From Octopus sinensis (lineage: Eukaryota): DNA of 64,000 nucleotides. The stretch covers positions 24,366,001 to 24,430,000 of the forward strand of contig NC_043008.1 of the NCBI RefSeq assembly GCF_006345805.1, read 5' to 3'. Each line of letters starts with the position of its first letter. Position 1 is the stretch's first letter. Positions 55,788 to 64,000 of the stretch are shown piece by piece. The notes beneath the pieces are model-generated. The model did no database searches. It was not told where the DNA came from and saw only the letters and a program-made list of their open reading frames with translations. Made by a program: the position numbers and the translations under genes.

Positions 55788-56375
55788 ATGATCAAGACAT
55801 TATAAAGAAGAATGTAGAATTATACATCTTCAAAATTTGTTTATTACAGTATTATTCGCGTAAAATTCCAATCTGACATGCTTCTGCTTGATAAGTGTTC
55901 TAATTTTCTTTGATATAACATTTATATTAATTTAGTTGATTCAGTTGCAGTACACATTCATCCGAGGCAGACATTCCCATGCAGCTTTTTTCAAGGTGGG
56001 TGAAGAGATTTTAGAATTCAAATGTAATCATATTCTAGGCTAGGGATCATGAATCTTACTGTATCTAAAGCTACTAATGTAAATCTAGGGAGATCCTGGT
56101 AAAGACTCTTTAAATCGTTGAAAATGAAGATAGTAAAATGAATTTTCTAAAAGTTAATTTGGAGAAGAGTATGAGAACCGTACTACAAACTCTTAAATAA
56201 CCTTAAATGCGTAAGTAAGAATTGAAATCTTCTCAAAAATATTACTGGTTCTATCGTTAAAAACATTTCTATTCCTATTTGCTAACGAACAGATTGCCAC
56301 CGATTATCTTCATAAAGAAATGGAGTATTTTCTTCTTTTCGTTATACAGATGCCAGGCAGATTGTCACCGGCTAC

Positions 56376-56418
56376 TCTGCATTGATAAAGGGCAAATACC
56401 CTGAAACATGTCTGCAGA
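56376..56418 (+). ncRNA. Hammerhead ribozyme, U3-A8 variant (first of a tandem pair)
   Basis: tctgca-TTGATAA-AGGG caaata CCCT-GAAA-CATG-TC-tgcaga; predicted cleavage after C56412. Confidence 0.85.
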
Positions 56419-56773
56419 TGCCTGACAAGCAAGGGGAAGCGACTGACCTCCCCTGTTCGAAGGTTATAATGGACACAGGTTCGTGTGTCATATAGCTAGC
56501 TAGAGGCAATGGCCTCTTGGAGCTAATCAACGGCAGCTTTCGTCCTATATTTATGGACTGCCATATTAGCTCGGTGATAGCTGTTAGTATTCAGTACCGC
56601 TGCCATAGTCTACTTTAGAGAGAATTAGAAATAATAATATTTCTATTTCTGAAAACCAGTGGATGCATTCCACTGAAATTAGGTGAATAATCCTTCGAAC
56701 AGACGGTCAGCAGCGACGCCTGCTGGGTTCGGCTACTCTGCATTGATAAAGGGAAAATACCCTGAAACATGTC
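56413..56773 (+). ncRNA. 361-nt structured non-coding unit bounded by hammerhead cleavage sites (retrozyme-like)
   Basis: Flanked by about 58-bp direct repeats carrying the ribozymes; many perfect internal helices; no plus-strand ORF in the track. Confidence 0.65.
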
Positions 56774-56779
56774 TCCAGA
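56737..56779 (+). ncRNA. Hammerhead ribozyme, U3-A8 variant (second of the tandem pair)
   Basis: tctgca-TTGATAA-AGGG aaaata CCCT-GAAA-CATG-TC-tccaga; predicted cleavage after C56773. Confidence 0.8.
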
Positions 56780-57010
56780 TGCCTAACGGGCACATCATCA
56801 CAACAGTTAGTCCATAAGTTCCAAGTACTTTGACACGTTAGAATAAAGGAAAAAATATAAATCCAAAATTTATTCAATTTGGAGAAAAAGACTATCACTT
56901 ATTATGAGTAGGCATAGTACTTATTAACTAGGGGGGAAAGCCTTATTAATCAAGTGAACATATTAGGGGTCAAAATATATACTAAGAAAGATGGAAGAGG
57001 GAAAATCAAA

Positions 57011-58112
57011 GAAAGAAGATATTTATAGGTTTAGTAGAAAGTGATACTTTATAATATAAAGAGAGGTCATTTGGAAGAGTAGAGTTAAAGATTTCACTAT
57101 TTGATGATAATTTTGAAATTCTCTGAGAAATATTTTTAACTAATGATTTTAGTATATTCAGGGGGTGATTGGATGACTTACTTACATATTTGGTAATTTC
57201 GCCCTCTTTTCTAAATGGGTAATGTAACTTTGAATTTAAGTCTAAGGTAACGTCTAGGAAATTAACTATCTACTGTGTTCTATGGAAACTTATGAAATTT
57301 TAAAACATCAGAGTAATACAAATCTGTTGAATAACCGTTTGAAGCTGTGAGTATCTTGTAAACATCGTACGACCCGAACGTTTAAATACTTTAAATAATA
57401 ATTTTGTGAATATTCCTATATTTTTCAAATTTTTATTCTTTATAACCAAACAGGAAGGGATATACCATACTGGCTTTCAATTTAACATTCATAGATGACT
57501 AAAAAACTTCACTGCAAACTTAAAATTGAATCCTTCTTTTTTCTAAAATTAAACTCTATGAATCTAAATAGTTGGAACCCTAAATAGTATGAATCCCAAA
57601 TAGTAGGAATACTAAATAGTATAAATCCTATGTCCCTAAAGAAACTATTCGATTCACCTTGATTATCTCACTTCCATTTCTTAATATATAATTAGTCTAA
57701 GATATCTTTACACAATATATATTTAACCAAATAGGAACGAATATACCATACTGGTTTTAGTTTAACACTCATAAAGGATTAAAAAACTTCACTGCAAACT
57801 GAGAAATAAATTCTTCTTTTTTATAATGTTTTCCAATACTAAGTAGTGTTAATCCTATGTCCCTAGGGAAACTATTTGGTTAATCATGATTATCTCACTC
57901 CCATTTCTTAATATATAATTAACCTAAGATATTTTTACCTATTTAATTAACTTTTATCCGCAGGTAGTAAATTTTAATCCCAATAGATCCTATACTTTAA
58001 TTCATTAATATCAACTCACTATCGATGAAATTTGAATAATTTACTCTTCCAAATGACCTCTCTTCATATTATAAAATATCACTTTCTACTAAACCTAAGA
58101 ATATCTTTCTTC
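57011..58112 (-). mobile_element. Rearranged PLE fragment: RT thumb, about 280-bp tandem duplication, about 72-bp inverted ends
   Basis: IVNFLDVTLDLN and YVSKSSNHPLNILKSLVKNISQRISKLSSN at 57095-57270. 57443-57715 resembles 57724-57935, and 57011-57082 is an imperfect reverse complement of 58041-58112. Confidence 0.75.
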
Positions 58113-58553
58113 ACATCTTTTGTTTTCCTGAAGCGCCTGAGAGTCGTTTGCATCGCACATCGAGAACTTTTTAACTTATGAGCAATTTGCCTTTGAGAAA
58201 TTCCATCTTCATGATGAGGTACGATTTGACTTCGCTCACACTCACTCAACTCCTTTGTTTTAGGCATTTTACTGTTTATTATCTGTATTCAGAACGTATT
58301 TCAGCATAAAACTCAGAAATAATCAAGGAAATATAAGTTAATTTTGGACGTTGGTCTTACCTATAATTGGTTGCATACGTACAGTACATATGCAACCAAT
58401 TATGAGTAACTGATGCTAAAGGAGGATCAACTAGATATTAAAAGTAATGTATATTTTGAAATATACTATAATCTACCATGTGCAAGTTTCATTAACACTG
58501 AGAGAGCAGAACCCCAAAACATTGAGGTAGCCTAATATTTTTGGTCAAGGCTG
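58113..58553 (-). mobile_element. Tc1-like transposon 5' half
   Basis: TA|cagccttgaccaaaaatattaggc terminus and MPKTKELSECERSQIV..GISQRQIAHKL (paired-like HTH). Confidence 0.8.
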
Positions 58554-58554
58554 T

Positions 58555-58588
<34 letters not shown>

Positions 58589-58590
<2 letters not shown>

Positions 58591-58758
58591 GCGCAGAAAT
58601 GTCTGGGTGGTAAGAAGCTTGCTTCCCATCTACACGGTTCCAGGTTCAGTCCCACTGCTCGGCACCTTGGGCAAGTGTCTTCTACTTTAGAAGGCTGAAC
58701 AAAGCCTTGTCAGGACATTTGGTAGAGGGAGATTGAAAGAAGCTCGTTGTATATATAT

Positions 58759-58850
<92 letters not shown>

Positions 58851-59066
58851 AGTGTGTGTGTTTGTGTGAGTGCATGTGTTTTCCCCCCCACCATCACTTG
58901 ACAATCCATGTTGGTGTGTTTACGTCTCCGTAAATTAGCAGTTCGGCAAAAGAAACCGATAGAATAAGTACTAGGCTTAAAAAGAATAATTCCTGGGCTC
59001 TATTTGTCAACTTAATGCGGTGCTTCAGCATGGCCCCAGTCAAATGACTGAAACGAGTAAAAGAAT
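58589..59066 (+). mobile_element. SINE family A, full length with internal (TA)n(TG)n
   Basis: ggcgcagaaatgtctgggtggtaagaagcttgcttccc..ggttcagtccc..caccttgggcaagtgtcttctac..aaatgactgaaac. Confidence 0.85.
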
Positions 59067-59886
59067 GTATATATATGAGTGTGTGTGTGTGTTTGTATGT
59101 GTGTGAGTGTGTGTGTGTGTGTGTGTGTAAGTTAAAAGGAGTGAGAAGTAAGATAGTGTGTCAGATCGTATGTGACTACCGTTTTGTCGATGGTTGGGAA
59201 TGCTTGAAGTGATTGTTTTATAAATCCCACTGCATGGAGTTACGAGTAGTGATTAATTGATGGTTTTTGAGAGCATTCTGGTACTGTAGCTGCAAAATAC
59301 ATATACCGAAAATAATGGATTGACTATATATAGCAGTTGCAGAAACAACATTAACGGATATAACATGAATCCTAGATGAAGATTAAGATTCGTGAAGCAT
59401 TTTAAAGAAACATTAGATAAATAAATTGGATAAGAAGAAAGCGTATTTAGAGTAAAATAGAAGAAATCTAGGAACAGATAACATAAGATTTCCGTATGGG
59501 TAAATGTTTGTGCATGTGGCTCTGCCTTCATCTGCGCATGTGTGCGTGTATAGGTGAGAAAATAGATTTAGAAACATTAGTAGCGCATAAATATTGTCTC
59601 AGATATATTGCCATTGACAATATAAAATCTACATACATAAATAAGATGCATCGAATGTGTAAAATGATACAACAATGCTTACATTTGTATACATATATTA
59701 GTATATAAAAGCAAGTAGCCATGTATGCTTACGACCCACTTCATAGATATATAACATGCATGAATATGGTAAACATATACGCTTGTAAACATGCATTTCT
59801 ACACATATGTATTCAACCATGCAAATATAATTAAGCACACGCATTTGTGTATATTCTATCGGTTTCTTTTGCCGAACTTCGTGAGT

Positions 59887-60222
59887 GAAGGCGCGTGGCT
59901 CAGTGGTTAGAGCGTCGAGCTTACGATCATGAGGTTGTGAGCTCGAATCCCGGACCGGGCTGCGTGTTGTGTTCTTGAGCAAGACACTTTATTTCACGTT
60001 GTTCCAGTTCACTCAGCTGTAGAAATGAGTTGCGACGTCACAGGTGCCAAGCTGTATCGACCCTTGCCTTTCCCTTGGACAACATCGGTGGCGTGGAGAG
60101 GGGAGGCCGGTATGCATGGGTGACTGCTGGTCTTCCATGAAACAACCTTGCCCAGACTTGTGCCTCAGAGAGTGACTCTCTAGGTGCAAACCCATGGTCA
60201 GTGTCTGACCGAAGGGGGTCAC
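59887..60222 (+). mobile_element. SINE family D, full length, tRNA-derived
   Basis: A box TGGCTCAGTGG and B box-like GCTCGAATCCC, followed by ttcttgagcaagacactt. Confidence 0.85.
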
Positions 60223-60226
60223 CTCA

Positions 60227-60262
<36 letters not shown>

Positions 60263-60444
60263 TAAGAAAGTTTGTTTGGTAAAGCACGTGGGTGAATATA
60301 TAAGAAAATAGTAAAGTGTGAAAAAACGACAGAAGGCTTAAATGTTAAAAAATATATATATTTGTGTCAAAATGTCTGGAGAATATTGGAAAAATTTTTT
60401 TTTTTTTTCCTTTCCTTAAAATGACATAATTTTAAAAATGTTTA

Positions 60445-60484
60445 AAGAAATTACCGGTTTCGCGTGTAGCTTTTCAAATTTCTT
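60445..60484 (-). ncRNA. Minimal hammerhead ribozyme, U3-A8 variant, in the PLE 3' terminal repeat
   Basis: aagaaat-TTGAAAA-GC tacac GC-GAAA-CCGG-TA-atttctt, about 105 nt after the PLE stop codon on the same strand. Confidence 0.85.
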
Positions 60485-60589
60485 GTGACGTTATGTTTAT
60501 ATTGCATGGAATTACCGTTGTTTTTATTTCCAGGAGATTTCTAAATAAGGGGAGATAATCGCTTAAAAATTTTTTTTCCCTTTTCCTTG

Positions 60590-61367
60590 TTAATTTCTCT
60601 GTGTCAGTATGTTCGGATGGTTGAGTCTGGGTTTGTACTTTTCAATGAAGAATGTTTCCTTGTTCAGTCTCATTTGTGTTGATGATCCGAAAGCACATTG
60701 GTAAAATGGGAAGATTAAAAATTGTGGCAGTAGTTGCTTTGCGCATTTCTCAATGTGCTCACTAAAAGGTATCATTCTATATTCTGGGAATGCAATCTGT
60801 TGTCGATGCAGTGTGCATCTGCGCCTGAGTGATAGTCCCGTGGAACCCACGTAGTCTTGGTGGCAGCCCGAGCATTTAATAACATAAATTATGTTTTCAG
60901 AGGCACAAGTAAAGTTAGATTTGATCTTAAATTTCTGTCCCTCTTTAAAGAAGAATTCTGATCCTTCCAATAGGTTAGGACACGTTGCACAGTTCGATCT
61001 ACCACATTTTTTTACTTTTGCATCCGTAATTTTAGAAGACAATTTTGCCTTTGTGAGAATCTTTTTAAGTGATTTAGGCTGTTTGTAGCTTTTAATGATT
61101 TGGTGTATGTTTAGAATTTCCTTTAATTTTGGGTTTTTATGAAGTATTGGTAAATTCTGGGTGATGATGGTGAAGGCTTCTTTGTTTCTGGGGTTGTATG
61201 TAGATATGTAAGGTAGTATTTTCGGGGAAGGTGTGTTGTTGTGTTGAACTTTTCTTAAAGTTTCTATGTTGATTTCTGTTGCACGTCTGATCCCATCCTC
61301 TATGAGTTGAGCTGGGTAATGTCTGTCAATTAGGGTGTTTTTGAGTTCTTGCAGTCTAAAGTTCCTG

Positions 61368-61368
<1 letters not shown>
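60590..61368 (-). mobile_element. PLE 3' coding fragment (Neptune-like): open frame for RT C-terminus, Cys linker and GIY-YIG
   Basis: RHYP..PYISTYNP..KQPKSLKKIL..CGRSNCATC..FTCASENIIYVIKCSGCHQDYVGST..RCTLH..ETFFIEKYKPRLN; truncated at (TA)n. Confidence 0.92.
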
Positions 61369-61400
<32 letters not shown>

Positions 61401-61690
61401 CATACAATGTGCGTAATATTCACGAAGGTTGACGCACACATGTTTCAAATACAAATGTAATATACTGTATTGTTGTACGGTTGTAATTGTAAATGTATTT
61501 TGTATGCTATGGTACTGAGCACCGATTATCTTCATAAAGAAATGGAGTATTTTCTTCTTTTCGTCATCCAGGTGCCAGGCAGCTGTATATATGTGTCTGT
61601 GCGTGTGTATGTATGTATACATACATATATATATATGCGTATATTCATATACACATATATGTATGTATATATATATATACATACAAACAC

Positions 61691-61732
<42 letters not shown>

Positions 61733-61849
61733 GTGTGTATATATATATGTGTGTGTTTGTGTGTTATAATCGAGAACAAACAGTAAAAGGTTGTCATAGT
61801 GCTCGTAGCTTTGAATGTCGGAGTGAAGAGCTACAATGTTGTTACATTT

Positions 61850-61900
<51 letters not shown>

Positions 61901-62229
61901 CAGGCACACACACATACACACAGGCACATACACAAACACATGCCAGAAGTAAATAGACACCTCATAAAACATCGTTTTATGTTTATTCTAACATGTACAG
62001 GTTTATAATTATTATTAATTGATATTTTTATGTTTTAGGTTCTATATGTGACTGTTTAGTCATGCCATGTATTTGAAAGGGGGTGTATTGTGGGTCATTT
62101 TGAAGGTAAACCTAGTTAATGTAAAATCGAAGAAAACCTTGAGATCCCGTCTTCTACGATTAATAGATTGATTGTGCAATTCACCAGAGAGGGCACGGAG
62201 TCCACATAACCTCGGCCAGATCAGCCAGA

Positions 62230-63030
62230 TCCCTCTGACAAGACCTTTCTCATTACTAACAGAAGCACGAAGGATAATCCTCGTTGCGAGTCTTTGCAAG
62301 ACATAGCAGAACAAGTTAATGTCAGTCTCAGACAGTTGTCAGGTATATGCACAAACTTGGTTACTATGGCAGACCTGGAAGAAGCAACCCACTTCTTCGA
62401 CAAGCCAACACCAAGAGGAGAAAAGATTGGGCTAGTGAGATGGTGGAGAGGCCACTACCTTTTAGGATACTGTCATATTCTCAGACTAGTCCAGATTTGC
62501 TGTATTTCTTGACAGTGGTCGAGTGTGGGTCTGGAGATTCTGTGATCAAAAATTTTATGTGAAAAGATTGCAACCAACAATGAAACACGACAGCTATTCT
62601 GAAATGGTCTGAGGAGCAATTCGGTGCAATGGTTCATCAGAGCTGGTGGAGTGTGAGGAAATCATGAACTCAGATAAATATGTGTCCATATTACAGAAAG
62701 GACTCCTTCCAAATTCCTCCAGTGGTGAAATTATTAAAGAAGACTCTTATCTATGGAAGATGGGGCTCCTTGTCACACGGCTAAAACGATACAAGATTTG
62801 TTGGATGAGAATGGCATTAAGAAGTTTTCATGGCCAAGGCAATCACCAGATATAAACCCTATTGAACACTTCTGGGACATAATGGACAGGACACTTCATA
62901 AAAAGAACAAGAAAGTGTCATCAAAGGCAGATCTTTAGAGATTACTGCATGAAACTTGGCAAGAAAAATCGCAAGAGAATATTCGTCATGTGATCAGTAA
63001 CATGCCAAATAGGGTCCTTGCATATAAAAT
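62230..63030 (+). mobile_element. Tc1-like DD34E transposase fragment (degenerate)
   Basis: VIFSD*SRF..GRVWVWR, MEDGAPCH, WPRQSPDINPIEHFWD. Confidence 0.85.
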
Positions 63031-63162
63031 ATTAACATTAGAACGTGTAATAAATATTTTGAATGTATAATTTCAGATTGAGATAAATTTTAGTGATTAT
63101 AAGTTTGTCTATTTGCTTCTATTATGTGTATGTGTGTGTGTGTGTATGTATGTATATGTATA

Positions 63163-63200
<38 letters not shown>

Positions 63201-63302
63201 TCAGGGTGAGTACTTGATAATTGTAAGCACCTGTATATACCGTTTGGTGGTGTAGGTGGTGGAGTAAATTAATCAAAATAAAAACATGATGCCAAGGATT
63301 CA

Positions 63303-63380
63303 GCGGTACATATGTTTCGGGCCTTTATTAGACGGATTTATAACAATGCATAATGTGTGTCTATGGCCTTCTTCAGCCGC
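63303..63380 (-). ncRNA. Type-I hammerhead ribozyme with 41-nt stem-II insert
   Basis: gcgg-CTGAAGA-aGGCC(tagac..gtcta insert)GGCCc-GAAA-CATATG-TA-ccgc. Confidence 0.8.
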
Positions 63381-64000
63381 GCACAATTACTACCTCAAGG
63401 ACATGTATTACATCAAAAATTCTACGTTGAGGATGCAAATCCTCTCATTCGCGTACGACGTAATGCGGCAACAGCATAAAAATGAAGCGTCCATCTCGTC
63501 CTTCTCTCAATGTAGAATGAGGAAGTTTGGATGTTGAGGTAATATAAATAAATGAATAAATAAATATATACATATATAAATACAGACAGACGTGAAGTAA
63601 CCTGGTAATAAGAGTAAATGGGGATAAAGATGGAGGGGCGAGAATTCAGGACGAAGGATAAAAAATATAAAAATGTGAAAAATAAGAATATAAGTATAGA
63701 AAAATATTAAAATATAGAGTATAAAGATATAAAGAGATATAAAAAGATATAAAAAAATATAAATGAATGTAAAGATATAAAGTTATAAAAAATATTTTTA
63801 AATTATCAGAAATATAAAGGATATAAGAATATAGAAATGTAAAAGAATATAAGGATAAGGGATATAAAGTTGTTACGGACCAACATGGTGGTCAGGAAAA
63901 TGACAAATTCTGGTTGTAGAAGCCGTGGATGTCATAAATCAACCGGGGCGTCTGGGGACCTAGTGTATTGTAAATTAGAGTCGTTTGGTTAAACCGCTTA

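Noticed and set aside
56520-56572. Possible antisense hammerhead inside the 361-nt unit (minus strand GTCC..GGAC-GAAA)
   Set aside because: The preceding heptamer is TATGGCA, not CUGANGA or a covarying variant, so there is no support for an ambisense viroid-like design.
61519-61575. SECIS-like hairpin on the minus strand (gcacc..ATGA-N10-AA-N18-GA..ggtgc)
   Set aside because: Helix II is weak, the paralogous copy at 56.3 kb has ATAA, and no in-frame TGA was seen in the neighbouring PLE ORF. The plus-strand splice-acceptor reading explains the sequence more simply. A SECISearch run would settle it.
58113-63030. Tc1 5' half (minus) and Tc1 3' part (plus) as one element broken by inversion
   Set aside because: No matching second TIR was found after 63030, so common origin cannot be shown.

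Overview
Eukaryotic, very AT-rich, microsatellite-dense DNA, most likely intronic or intergenic sequence from an octopus (inferred from the SINE families and the density of (TA)n/(CA)n tracts; not verified). I could not identify an intact host gene, and most ORFs in the track are microsatellite artefacts. The window is mainly transposon remains: Tc1/mariner elements (a DD34D mariner one base from an open frame, a full-length DD37D/maT, and several fragments), a nearly complete CR1-type LINE, a Tx1/L1-type LINE, RTE and other LINE relics, a Chapaev3-like transposase relic, four tRNA-derived SINE families and many Penelope-like element (PLE) fragments. The ORF track misses an RNA layer: reading both strands, I found about 12 type-I hammerhead ribozyme motifs. 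They include covarying U3-A8 cores, U4C cores and hammerheads with long stem-II insertions. The best candidate system is at 56369-56787, where two tandem hammerheads flank a 361-nt, heavily base-paired non-coding unit, resembling a retrozyme/circRNA monomer. There are also two long near-perfect inverted repeats containing ribozymes (42.7 kb and 48 kb) and a 470-nt ribozyme-bounded tandem unit (46.7-47.3 kb). All structures were read by eye; no folding program or database search was run.
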